A DNA stretch of 39,001 nt, taken from sequence record SRR31156797_4554. One strand, written 5' to 3'. The notes beneath the pieces were generated by a model. It saw only the letters and a list, made by a program, of their open reading frames with translations, was not told the DNA's origin and searched no databases. The position numbers were made by a program, and so were the translations under genes. Of this stretch, positions 9,308 through 18,369 are shown piece by piece (the first letter of the stretch is position 1; each line of letters opens with the position of its first letter).

Positions 9308-10270
9308 ATGTTTACATTAAGCAAAACCACTGCTGCTGGTAAAGAGCTGCGAACATGTGTCGTTGACACATTGGTGGAACTCATGGATGAAAATAACCAG
9401 CTAGTTGCGTTGGATGCCGACCTTGGCTCTGCCAGCGGCTGGACAGCGATTGCCAACAAACATCCCCAACGCTTTATCAACATGGGGATCGCGGAAGCCA
9501 ATATGGTTGGCGTTGCGGCTGGCTTGAGTTTAACTGGCTATACACCTTTTATCCACACCTTTGGGCCATTTGCGACGCGTCGGGTATTCGATCAGTTGTT
9601 TATTTCTGGCGGCTATGGCGGCAATACGATCAATATTTACGGTTCTGATCCAGGGTTTGCAGTCGGGCACAACGGCGGCACCCATACGACATGGGAAGAT
9701 GTGGCTTTGATGCGAATGATTCCCCAGTCGATCGTCTGCGATGCAGCGGATGAAGTCCAAATGGCATGGATCATAAACACCTTTAGCCAATTATCCGGCA
9801 TTCATTACGTACGAGGCAATCGGAAAGCGGTTCCGACGATTTATGAAAAAGGCTCGACCTTTGAACTAGGAAAAGGCAATGTTTTAAGACCAGGCGATGA
9901 ACTGTTGTTGATTGCCTGCGGCCAATTGGTTTCTGAAACACTGCAAGTGGCAGAAGAATTAGCAGAAGTAGGAATCAGCTGTGAAGTGATCGATATGTTT
10001 ACCATCAAACCGATCGATAAAGAAATGATCATCCGTGAAGTTCAGGGGAAACGGCAAGTCATCACCATCGAAAATCATTCTATCACCGGTGGACTAGGGA
10101 GTGCCGTCGCCGAAGTGCTTGCTGAAACTGGCAGTACTGTCCCTTTAAAGCGCATTGGTGTCAATGAACGATTTGGCCAAGTCGGCACACCCGACTTCCT
10201 GCAAAAAGAATATGGCTTAGATGCTGCTTCAATCAAGCAGCAAATCGTCGAGGGGAAGGTCAGGGGATAG
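9308..10270 (+). CDS. Transketolase, C-terminal (pyrimidine-binding) subunit
   Basis: LDADL, NMGIAEANMVGVAAG, GGTH, TIKPID and ENHSITGGLGSAV motifs. Confidence 0.93.
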   Translation: MFTLSKTTAAGKELRTCVVDTLVELMDENNQLVALDADLGSASGWTAIANKHPQRFINMGIAEANMVGVAAGLSLTGYTPFIHTFGPFATRRVFDQLFISGGYGGNTINIYGSDPGFAVGHNGGTHTTWEDVALMRMIPQSIVCDAADEVQMAWIINTFSQLSGIHYVRGNRKAVPTIYEKGSTFELGKGNVLRPGDELLLIACGQLVSETLQVAEELAEVGISCEVIDMFTIKPIDKEMIIREVQGKRQVITIENHSITGGLGSAVAEVLAETGSTVPLKRIGVNERFGQVGTPDFLQKEYGLDAASIKQQIVEGKVRG

Positions 10271-10331
10271 AAAAAAGAAGCATCAACGAATCAATGGTTG
10301 GTGCTTCCTTCTCATTTATTTCAGGACTTGC

Positions 10332-10378
10332 AAAAAACGTCAAACAACGCGTCAGTTCTGCTGTTTGACGTTTTTTTA
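10332..10378. terminator. Bidirectional terminator between convergent transketolase and ydbT genes
   Basis: AAAAAACGTCAAACA ... TGTTTGACGTTTTTT inverted repeat with A/T tails on both sides. Confidence 0.75.
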
Positions 10379-10382
10379 TGAA

Positions 10383-11852
10383 CTACGACAAAAACCAGCG
10401 CCGTAACTTTTCTGCTTCGGTTAATGGGAAGTAGAACAGCTTACTTTCGGTGAAGGTATCTTCGGTTTTGATGGTCAACTGTGACTTGCCCAGACCTTTT
10501 TTGTGCTGCCAATAGGTAGTGGTGACGGTGAAATCTTGGATTTTATTTTTCTTCAGATAAGCGGTCACCTTTGTTAAGCCGCGAATCGTTTGACACAACA
10601 ATACATGGTTATCTAAAAATTGATACCCTTGTATTTTGCCCCGCCAGATGCTTGATAACACGAAGGAGCCAAAGAACACGAAGAAAATCAGCGCTAACCA
10701 CCAGAAAAAGAAGGCGGAGATTCCTACAACAAGCAGCCCGATAAGCAGTGGCCAACGGCAAAAGTACCAAAAGTTGGGTCGCGGATTTTTCACTAGAGCG
10801 GTTTGTTGAAACGACCATTCAGGTAAAAAGCGGGCCAATGTTTCGGTCAGCTGCGCCTCTTTCAAAATGGGGAACAGATAGACCGTATCATCGCTTTCTG
10901 AAGAACTGCCAGCAGCCAGCAGTAACTTGACGGAGCTTAGATGAAAGATTCGGCGATAAAGATTTTGTTCGACACTTAGCCCTTGGATCCTAGCGAGGGG
11001 AATCGTTTGGTGTCGTTTAGAAAACAAGCCTTGCGTGATCAGCAGCTGTTGTTGGTTCGTTTCCACCGTAAAGCCATAATAGCGGAAAAGATTTCTAGCA
11101 ATCGCAAGAAAGAAAAACAAAATTAACAGCCCCAGCAAAAGCGCAGCACCAAATAAAAGGCCGAGTTGTTGCAATTCCGATGCATAGGTAAAGAGATTGG
11201 GAATGTTGTCGATCACGTTGTAGCCGATGACTAGAACCAAGGTGAAAACAGAAAAATCAGTGATAGAAAACAAGAAAATCTCCTTGAATTTCAAAGTGAA
11301 TGTTTCTAACGGCGGATTTGCTGTTTCCTCACCCGAAAAAACAGTAGCGTAATTATTGGTTGGTTCTTCTCCACTAGCTGCTTGGGCAGTCGGCTCTTGT
11401 GGTGTCGCAGCCGCTTTTTTTGACGCTTCGATGGAGGCAATGAGAGCCAGCGGCAACGCTGGGAAAAGAATTTCGGCTTCGCCACTCGAACTTGCGGCGC
11501 TTTCCAATTTCACTTCAGCTAATTTAAATGGACGTAAATAAAAGTAATGATTCTCTTGAATGGTTTGGATGCGTTCAAATGGCAAAATCGTTTGTTTTTG
11601 GATAAAGAGTCCTTTGTTGACTAGTACACTCGTTTGATCGATTTGAAAGGTAAAGCGGGCGTAAGACAGTACCGCAAAAATCAGACACACCAGTAAAAAT
11701 AGCAGAATGCCGCCCAGAATCATCGGCAAAGAAGGGACGTCGTTGAATAATTTGAATACAAGCAGAAACGCTAGTACCAGAAAATTTTTGCAATTTTTGA
11801 ACCAGTAAAGGCCAATGCACAGCAACGGCAGTCGTTGTTTTTCATAGATCAT
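10383..11852 (-). CDS. ydbT: YdbT-family membrane protein with bacterial PH domains
   Basis: Three bPH-type repeats (GLF...LPFERIQTI; GLF...IPLARIQGL; KNKIQDF) separated by TM pairs; coupled to ydbS. Confidence 0.85.
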   Translation of the reverse strand: MIYEKQRLPLLCIGLYWFKNCKNFLVLAFLLVFKLFNDVPSLPMILGGILLFLLVCLIFAVLSYARFTFQIDQTSVLVNKGLFIQKQTILPFERIQTIQENHYFYLRPFKLAEVKLESAASSSGEAEILFPALPLALIASIEASKKAAATPQEPTAQAASGEEPTNNYATVFSGEETANPPLETFTLKFKEIFLFSITDFSVFTLVLVIGYNVIDNIPNLFTYASELQQLGLLFGAALLLGLLILFFFLAIARNLFRYYGFTVETNQQQLLITQGLFSKRHQTIPLARIQGLSVEQNLYRRIFHLSSVKLLLAAGSSSESDDTVYLFPILKEAQLTETLARFLPEWSFQQTALVKNPRPNFWYFCRWPLLIGLLVVGISAFFFWWLALIFFVFFGSFVLSSIWRGKIQGYQFLDNHVLLCQTIRGLTKVTAYLKKNKIQDFTVTTTYWQHKKGLGKSQLTIKTEDTFTESKLFYFPLTEAEKLRRWFLS

Positions 11853-12342
11853 CTTTGACCACCTCGACTAAAGTCATAATGGTTTCTCGCAAGCGTTCGG
11901 CTTGCGCCACTGGTAGGCCTTCAATGGTGTGGTTGGTGGCAGCCGTATGAATCTGTAAGGAGACTAAGGAGTATTTTCGCAAAAAGATCCCTTGGTCTGT
12001 TTCGATATGCTGAATTCGGCGGATCGGAATATACGTGGTGCTGCGAAATAGATAGCCGTGTTGAATGGCGATATCATTTTCTTGAATCTCGTAGCGATGG
12101 AATGTGTAACGGTAGCTCATCAGCACAAAAGAAAGCAGATGGCTGATCAAAGTCAGCGCCAATAAGCTTGACCAAAGGGCGATCACCCAGAAATGCAGCC
12201 AGTTTTGCGTGGCTAGAAACCAAAAAGAAGCAGCGAAAATCAGGCTGAAAATAATCAGTGACGTAATCCTTCGCAACCGCCAAACACGAATGATGGTTTG
12301 AGGCATTTGTTCATTTAATAAGGGATAATTCAAGGGAAACAT
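11842..12342 (-). CDS. ydbS: YdbS-family membrane protein with bacterial PH domain
   Basis: Two TMs, then GYLFRSTTYIPIRRIQHIETDQGIFLRKYSL..IHTAA. ATG at 12342 has an AGAGG SD; the ORF track extends to 12405. Confidence 0.85.
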   Translation of the reverse strand: MFPLNYPLLNEQMPQTIIRVWRLRRITSLIIFSLIFAASFWFLATQNWLHFWVIALWSSLLALTLISHLLSFVLMSYRYTFHRYEIQENDIAIQHGYLFRSTTYIPIRRIQHIETDQGIFLRKYSLVSLQIHTAATNHTIEGLPVAQAERLRETIMTLVEVVKDDL

Positions 12343-12531
12343 CCTCTCTACATAGAAATAAATAGGGTTACCCACAAATATAGTGGAGATAGAAGAAAAA
12401 AACAAGCTTAGAAATTAAAAATAGTTAATTGTGATTTAAATAGTGTAGCTCTATCGAACAAAAAGAAAAAGCCGCTTTTAGCTAACCAATGAGTATGGGG
12501 TTGTTCGTCATGAAAAAAGGCAAGTAGGCTA

Positions 12532-12562
12532 TTGACTCTCCCTCAAGAGGAGACAGTATGCT
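12532..12562 (+). promoter_or_regulatory. MerR-type sigma-A promoter with 19-bp spacer and dyad operator
   Basis: TTGACT (12532-37), 19 nt containing the TCTCC...GGAGA dyad, TATGCT (12557-62). The operon encodes a MerR regulator. Confidence 0.8.
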
Positions 12563-12584
12563 TTAGTAGAAAGGGGCGATTGCT

Positions 12585-13298
12585 GTGAAAAAAATGATTG
12601 AGGTTGCCGAGCTATCTAAGAAAATCAACGGTCGGAAAATTATTGATCAACTTACCTTCACCGTAAAAAAAGGCGAGGTGTTCGGCTTATTAGGACCAAA
12701 TGGAGCAGGAAAAACAACAACGATTGAAACAATTTTAGGTATCAAAACACCAGAGGAAGGTTCTGTCAAAATTCTCGGATCAGATCCTCAAAAAAAGCGA
12801 CGTGAGGTATTTGAAAAAGTGGGGGTACAGCTTCAATCTTCAAGTTATCAGAACAATATTCGCGTCGGAGAATTGTGCAAAGAGATGACGCTCTTGTATC
12901 GACAGCCTCAAGACTATCAAGAGCTTTTGCGTTTGTTTCAGCTGGAACCATTCGAATCGCAATTCATCGACAAACTTTCTGGTGGGGAAAAACAGAAGCT
13001 TTCAATTGTACTCGCCTTGATCCCGAATCCCGAGGTGATTTTTTTGGATGAATTAACAACGGGACTGGATACAAAAGCACGGAGAAGTGTCTGGCAAACG
13101 CTCCTCAAACTAAAAGAAGCGCAAATGACGATTCTATTGACGACCCACTATATGGAGGAGGCGGAGATTCTTTGTGATCGGCTATGCATCATCGCTCATG
13201 GGGGCAAGGTAGTTGAAGGCAGTACGAAGGAGCTGTTAAAACGAAGCGGTCAGCAAAAACTCGAAGAGGCATATCTTTGGTTTGTAGGGAGGAGATAG
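12585..13298 (+). CDS. ABC transporter ATP-binding protein (drug-exporter/ABC-2 type)
   Basis: Walker A GPNGAGKTT, signature LSGGEKQ, Walker B IFLDELTTGLD, H-loop TTHYMEEA. Confidence 0.95.
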   Translation: MKKMIEVAELSKKINGRKIIDQLTFTVKKGEVFGLLGPNGAGKTTTIETILGIKTPEEGSVKILGSDPQKKRREVFEKVGVQLQSSSYQNNIRVGELCKEMTLLYRQPQDYQELLRLFQLEPFESQFIDKLSGGEKQKLSIVLALIPNPEVIFLDELTTGLDTKARRSVWQTLLKLKEAQMTILLTTHYMEEAEILCDRLCIIAHGGKVVEGSTKELLKRSGQQKLEEAYLWFVGRR

Positions 13299-13299
13299 A

Positions 13300-14040
13300 A
13301 TGAGCAAAGTAATGAGACTAGCAAAAATTGAAGGAAAGATAGCGTTACGAGGAATTGATGGGATCGTCTTTGGTATTGGCATGCCGCTGGTCGTCCTGCT
13401 TTTGACGAATATGATCGGTGGAGAGAAAGTGATTGGTGCTGCTTCTTATACATTTCAAGAGGGCAGTTTTGCTTCGCTGCTGGTGGTGGGGATTTGCGCA
13501 ACAGCCTTTATGGGGATTCCGTTAACTATCTGTGATTATCGAGACAAAAAGATTTTGAAACACTTTTTTGTTACCCCAGCTTCTCCAGTTCATCTGATTG
13601 CAGCTCAAGTGGTAGTAGCTGCAGCGACTGCACTACTCTCAGCGATAGGTGTCGCATTCGTGTCGGTGGTATTTCTCGACTATCAAATGAAAGGCAGCTG
13701 GATAGGATTGATAGCTAGCTATTTTTTCGTTATGATTGCCATGTATAGCCTAGGACTATTGATTGCTAGTTTGTGTAAAAATATCAAGATTGCCAATCTC
13801 GTTTGCACAGTGGTTTATTTTCCGATGTTGTTTCTTTCTGGGGCAGTGATTCCCTTTGAGCTATTTCCAGAAGGTGTGCAAAAAGTCGCTAGTGTTCTGC
13901 CATTGACACAAGGTGTTAAATTGTTAAAGAGTGTGAGTCTCGATCAACCAATCGGTGACCCTCGATTCATTCTTTTTCTATTGACAGTGGTGACGATCGT
14001 GGGATTTGGTTTGGCAGTTAAGCTTTTCCGTTGGGAATAA
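13300..14040 (+). CDS. ABC-2 type transporter permease
   Basis: Six TMs, FPMLFLSGAVIP, PLTQGV, C-terminal FRWE. Confidence 0.92.
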   Translation: MSKVMRLAKIEGKIALRGIDGIVFGIGMPLVVLLLTNMIGGEKVIGAASYTFQEGSFASLLVVGICATAFMGIPLTICDYRDKKILKHFFVTPASPVHLIAAQVVVAAATALLSAIGVAFVSVVFLDYQMKGSWIGLIASYFFVMIAMYSLGLLIASLCKNIKIANLVCTVVYFPMLFLSGAVIPFELFPEGVQKVASVLPLTQGVKLLKSVSLDQPIGDPRFILFLLTVVTIVGFGLAVKLFRWE

Positions 14041-14061
14041 CAGGAAACGGAGGAAAGAGTT

Positions 14062-14895
14062 ATGACACAAGAATGTGAAAAAACACCAGATAAGCTGTAT
14101 CGAATCGGCATGTTTTCTAAAATGAATCAAGTGACGATAAAAACACTGCGTTATTATGATGAGGTGGGGCTGCTTAAGCCCCATTTTATCGATCCAGATA
14201 ATGGGTATCGCTATTATATCTCTAGTCAGTTGGCACCATTGCATCGGTTATTAGCTTTACGCAGAATGGGGTATAACATCGATGAAATCAAACAAGTGCA
14301 AGCAGGAGAAAGCGAAAGGCGAATACTGCATCGCAAGAGACAGCAACTGATGAGAGAGATCACGGAACGGATGGCGATGCTCACGCAGATCGAAGGGTAT
14401 TTGCAACAGGAAGAAGCCAATTACCAAATGATCGTTAAACGTTTGCCAGCGGTTATCGTCGCTTCAATGAGAATGGTCGTGCCAAGCTTCGATCGGTTGT
14501 TTTCTATCATCCCAGAAATGGGGCTGCAGATGGAAACAGCTGGTTGCGTCTGCGCATTGCCCGAATATTGCTTTACTATCTATCATGACAACGAGTACAA
14601 AGAAGAAAACATTGATGTGGAAGTTTGCGAAGCGGTCACAGAAATGAAAGATAATCAAGGGAATTTGACCTTCAAGCAGATAGAAGAAGTACCAGAGGCA
14701 GTTTGCACGGTCCATAAAGGAGCCTACACTGAGTTTCCGAAAGCCTATGCTGCGGTGATCCAGTTTGCTGAAAATAACGGCTATCGAATCACAGGGCCTT
14801 TTCGTGAAAGCTATATTGATGGTATTTGGAATAAAGAAAGTGAAGAGGAATGGCTGACTGAGATCCAGCTTCCTGTTGAAAAAATCAGCAGGTGA
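14062..14895 (+). CDS. MerR-family regulator with GyrI-like effector domain (BmrR/BltR type)
   Basis: YRIGMFS...TLRYYDEVGLLKP..DPDNGYRYY HTH; C-terminal HKGAY...RESYIDG..TEIQLPV. Confidence 0.93.
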   Translation: MTQECEKTPDKLYRIGMFSKMNQVTIKTLRYYDEVGLLKPHFIDPDNGYRYYISSQLAPLHRLLALRRMGYNIDEIKQVQAGESERRILHRKRQQLMREITERMAMLTQIEGYLQQEEANYQMIVKRLPAVIVASMRMVVPSFDRLFSIIPEMGLQMETAGCVCALPEYCFTIYHDNEYKEENIDVEVCEAVTEMKDNQGNLTFKQIEEVPEAVCTVHKGAYTEFPKAYAAVIQFAENNGYRITGPFRESYIDGIWNKESEEEWLTEIQLPVEKISR

Positions 14896-14994
14896 AGGGA
14901 AGCAAAAAATCAGCGTTCTTGCAAAATTTCTACTCCGTAAGGCGTGAATTTCGGCAAGACCATCTTTTAATCGAGTGTCTACAGTCAATTCCCA

Positions 14995-15023
14995 TTGACA
15001 AATCGACTGGCGCCTTCTAAACT
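14995..15023 (+). promoter_or_regulatory. Sigma-A promoter upstream of a structured leader
   Basis: TTGACA-17 nt-TAAACT. Confidence 0.7.
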
Positions 15024-15029
15024 AAAGGC

Positions 15030-15251
15030 AGAAAAACAAGAGAAAAAGGTGATGGCTCCGGTCTATCTGCTGTTATTCCTTCGTTAACAGGGGTAGGGCT
15101 GGAAAAGAGTAAATAAAATCAATTTCATAGGCAAAAAATTGACTGCATGCAGTTTTATTTGAAGTGCCTATCATTGATTTTATTTTACTCTTCGCTTTTT
15201 GATCTTCATCGTTTGAAGGTTGACCGCAGAGTGAAATCTGCGGTCTTTTTT
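15030..15251 (+). ncRNA. Structured 5' leader / attenuator or sRNA upstream of the methyltransferase
   Basis: Hairpin 15057-15103, long hairpin 15105-15192, then terminator GACCGCAGA-gtgaaa-TCTGCGGTC-T6 (15222-15251) before the SD. Confidence 0.55.
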
Positions 15252-15283
15252 GTTTTTCAATTATTTTGAAAGGGGAAAATAAG

Positions 15284-16126
15284 ATGTACCAAGAATTGAG
15301 AAAGGCAATCGAGCGGCCACCGCTCTATAAAAAAATGGCAGAGGCGTTTTGGGACGATGCATATATTTCCAAGCAAATGTTAAAGGCTCATTTGGATCCT
15401 GATTTTGAGGGAGCTAGTAGAAAGGTTGACTTTATCAACGAATCCGTTCGATGGATCAGTCGCCTTGTTCCGCCAGAAAAACAGACGCAACTTCTTGATA
15501 TCGGCTGCGGACCAGGGATCTACGCGGAAAAATTTGCAGCGCTGGGCTATGAAGTGACAGGCGTTGATTACTCCAGAAGATCCCTTGCCTATGCGAGAGA
15601 TTCTGCGAATAAGCGGGAACTAAATATTACCTATCTATTTGATAACTATTTGGAGATGGCATTGCCTCAGCAATTTGATTTTATTACCTTGATTTATTGC
15701 GACTATGGTGCCTTAAATCCAGAGGAACGCAAACTACTGCTAAAAAATGTGCTGGCGCATCTAAAACCGGGTGGCAGATTTTTGTTCGATGTATTTACGA
15801 TTACACAGTTTTTAACGCTTAATGAAGAGCAGACCTGGGAAAGTCACGAATCAGAAGGGTTTTGGCGGGGGGAGCCCCATCTTGTGCTAAATCAACGATG
15901 GAAATATCCTGATCACGTATTGCTAGAGCAAACAACGATTTTAGCAGAAGATGAGGTCACAAATTATTATTTATGGACGACCTATTTTGCAAAAGATGCA
16001 TTGATAAAAGAAGCTAGGGCTGCCGGTTTTGATATTTGTGAGATATTCGGTGATGTCAAAGGTAGTCCTTATAGTGAAGAAGGCTCGACAATAGCGATGC
16101 TACTGAAAAAACCATTCCCTATCTGA
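15284..16126 (+). CDS. Class I SAM-dependent methyltransferase
   Basis: Motif I LLDIGCGPG, VTGVDYS, FDFITLIY, LKPGGRFLFD. ATG 15284 follows AAAGGGG; the ORF track starts at 15266. Confidence 0.9.
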   Translation: MYQELRKAIERPPLYKKMAEAFWDDAYISKQMLKAHLDPDFEGASRKVDFINESVRWISRLVPPEKQTQLLDIGCGPGIYAEKFAALGYEVTGVDYSRRSLAYARDSANKRELNITYLFDNYLEMALPQQFDFITLIYCDYGALNPEERKLLLKNVLAHLKPGGRFLFDVFTITQFLTLNEEQTWESHESEGFWRGEPHLVLNQRWKYPDHVLLEQTTILAEDEVTNYYLWTTYFAKDALIKEARAAGFDICEIFGDVKGSPYSEEGSTIAMLLKKPFPI

Positions 16127-16148
16127 AAGAGTAGTTTTCTGTAAATAG

Positions 16149-16190
16149 AAACAAAAAGAAACGACGATTTTTCGTCGTTTCTTTTTGTTT
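16149..16190. terminator. Bidirectional terminator
   Basis: AAACAAAAAGAAACGACG-attttt-CGTCGTTTCTTTTTGTTT perfect inverted repeat between convergent genes. Confidence 0.85.
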
Positions 16191-16248
16191 GGCTCGGAAC
16201 TGATCGATCAATTTTTTCGTACTAATGATCGGGACTATTCAACACCAC

Positions 16249-16710
16249 TCATTCAGCGAAACGTCGAACCATCGTAATATCTGTTTCCAAATAGCCCATT
16301 TTTTTGTATAGCTGATACGCAGATTGATTATGGGCAAAAACGTGCAAGCCGATCTCAGTGATGCCTTGCTGGATCGCCCACTTTTCCAAAGCTTGTAACG
16401 CTTTGGTTCCATAGCCTTTTCCTCGCTGGTCTTCCTCGATGATAAAGTCATAGATGAAGGCTTTCTGGGCAGCTGTGTTGATCCAAATCACCCCGATCGG
16501 TTCACTAAAATCAGCTGCAAATAAAGAAAACAAGTGATTGTTTTCAGTGGCAGTCCCTTGAGGAAGTAAAGAAGCAAAGCTTTCTTTGGCGAGGGAGAGG
16601 GCCTCGTCTTTGGCCCATGTGCCTGCTTGGATTTTGTCATTGGCGTATTCGAAAACAGCATTGGCTAAGTAGGCAGCGTAGTCGCTGTCTTTCATTGGTA
16701 TTAAGTTCAT
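16249..16710 (-). CDS. GNAT-family N-acetyltransferase
   Basis: QRGKGYG AcCoA-binding motif; LHVFAHNQSAYQLYKKMGY; SD AAAGGAG. Confidence 0.92.
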   Translation of the reverse strand: MNLIPMKDSDYAAYLANAVFEYANDKIQAGTWAKDEALSLAKESFASLLPQGTATENNHLFSLFAADFSEPIGVIWINTAAQKAFIYDFIIEEDQRGKGYGTKALQALEKWAIQQGITEIGLHVFAHNQSAYQLYKKMGYLETDITMVRRFAE

Positions 16711-16808
16711 CTATTTCTCCTTTCGTCCTTTTGGATTCTCCCTATCTTGCAGAATGATTGCAGTAAGGGGAAATGGGGACGCTTGATTGGTAACTATTTG
16801 TTCCCCCT

Positions 16809-17327
16809 TCAGTTGAAGGTCTCTGACAGCGGGTCTCGTCGTTGAAACAAAAACAGGTCATCCGGTGCAAACTGGTGGCGTGCATCGCAAGTATAGCCTC
16901 GCAACCAGTCACAACCATCGATGCGGCGAACGTAGAATCCTTTGGGGAAATCATCGGTTTTCTCCAAAGGCATAGAAGCGATCGTGATTGCGGCAGCTGG
17001 CGCTTTTCCTTGGGATTTCAGTCCGGTGCTATTTGCCAGTTGATGATAACTGAGGCTAAAGTGTAAGGCCATTTCCAATGTACAATCGGTCAGTCCATAA
17101 GAAGGTGCAGCTGCAAAAATCTCCGTCAACGAGCCACCTTGTGTGAGTCCCAGTTCTTTAAGGGAAACAATCACACAAGTAGTACGCTGTTTATCGGCAC
17201 TGAGGGAGAGGTGGGGATGGCGCAAGAGCTGGTTGGCATACGCGTTTAAGTGAATCTGCTGTTCTTCCAACTGCTGGCAAAGGCGGGCTAGCGAAACCCC
17301 GCCATAGTCTACGATCACTTCTTTCAA
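16809..17327 (-). CDS. Conserved Firmicute hypothetical protein, co-transcribed with the WYL regulator
   Basis: Clean ORF with DDFPKGFYVRRIDG..WLRGY. TTG start at 17327 follows AGGAGT; the ORF track extends to 17378. Confidence 0.7.
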   Translation of the reverse strand: MKEVIVDYGGVSLARLCQQLEEQQIHLNAYANQLLRHPHLSLSADKQRTTCVIVSLKELGLTQGGSLTEIFAAAPSYGLTDCTLEMALHFSLSYHQLANSTGLKSQGKAPAAAITIASMPLEKTDDFPKGFYVRRIDGCDWLRGYTCDARHQFAPDDLFLFQRRDPLSETFN

Positions 17328-17367
17328 ATCAAACACTCCTTTCAATAGGGATCCATTTCTTGAAAAA

Positions 17368-18276
17368 TCAGTTCGCACCCTCGTTCTCAGTCAAATTGGC
17401 ATAAATCGCAGCAACTTCTTCTTGGTAACGATTCTTTAGTCGAGGGGGACTTAAAATGCGTAGGCTTTTTCCAAAAGAGAACAAATAGGGCACCACCCAG
17501 CTTTCCTCGGGTAAATCAACGGTAACCACAGCAGTGCCTTCCTCCGTCAAAGTAATATCCTGATGATCGAACTCATCATATACCCGATAAAGAACGTCGG
17601 CTTGAAAGAATAGACGAGCGGGATAGGTGTCAACAGTCAATTCAATGGCAGAATTAGGCGCAGTGACCGGAAAAAAATGCTGTTCAGTGACGTGGACCTG
17701 ACTCATACGGCTGATTTTAAATGTCCGAAAGGCATTCTTTTGCTGGTCGAAGGCTTGCAGATACCATGCTTGCGAACGAAAAAGCAGTTTGTAAGGCTGA
17801 CAGACGCGTTTTTGCGGTCCCTGTTTACTGATATAGTCAAAGGTGATCACGTGGTTCCTTAAAATACTCTTTTTTAATAAATCAAACGTGTCGTTGCCGT
17901 TTTCTCGCCGATGCCAAGTGGAAAAATCAACTTCTAGCCAGTCTGCATCGTTTTGCTGGAATAAGGATTGCAGTTTTGCCAATGATTCTCCGCTGATCTG
18001 TGGCGTCAGCTGGCGAATCCCTTTCAACGCCAAAAGCAGGTTTTTCCGTTCTTCCTCTGATAATAACACTTTATCCAACACAAAACTGCTTAACAAATAG
18101 ACGCCGCCATTTCGACCCGTTTCGGTATAGATGGGTACGCCAATACTGCTTAGGGTATTGATATCTCTGGTGATGGTGCGAGTCGAGACTTCAAATTGTT
18201 TGGCTAATTCAGAAGTGGTTGCTTTTTCATGATTCAACAGGTGGTAGATAAGGCCGAACAGGCGTGTCGTGCTCAC
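17368..18276 (-). CDS. YafY-family HTH-WYL-WCX transcriptional regulator
   Basis: wHTH ELAKQFEVSTRTITRDI..GVPIYTETGRNGG; WYL domain WYLQAF...FRTFKISRM; LSPPRL. GTG start at 18276 follows AAGGAG. Confidence 0.92.
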   Translation of the reverse strand: MSTTRLFGLIYHLLNHEKATTSELAKQFEVSTRTITRDINTLSSIGVPIYTETGRNGGVYLLSSFVLDKVLLSEEERKNLLLALKGIRQLTPQISGESLAKLQSLFQQNDADWLEVDFSTWHRRENGNDTFDLLKKSILRNHVITFDYISKQGPQKRVCQPYKLLFRSQAWYLQAFDQQKNAFRTFKISRMSQVHVTEQHFFPVTAPNSAIELTVDTYPARLFFQADVLYRVYDEFDHQDITLTEEGTAVVTVDLPEESWVVPYLFSFGKSLRILSPPRLKNRYQEEVAAIYANLTENEGAN

Positions 18277-18311
18277 TTGGTTTACTCCTTTTATAAAAAG
18301 ATGATAAAACA

Positions 18312-18329
18312 CTGACAGAAGGTGTCTAG
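18312..18329. promoter_or_regulatory. Putative YafY/WYL operator GACA-N5-TGTC
   Basis: CTGACAGAAGGTGTCTAG dyad in the short divergent intergenic region. Confidence 0.55.
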
Positions 18330-18369
18330 GTTTCTATCGTATCATAAAGACAAAGAAGGAGGAACACTA

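Noticed and set aside
15205-15251. AAGGTTGACCGC before the terminator resembles a T-box antiterminator
   Set aside because: It lacks the UGGN bulge and I see no stem I AG/GNUG motifs; the downstream gene is not amino-acid related.
16809-17327. Possible helicase label for this family
   Set aside because: No Walker A/B or helicase motifs, and the protein is too short.
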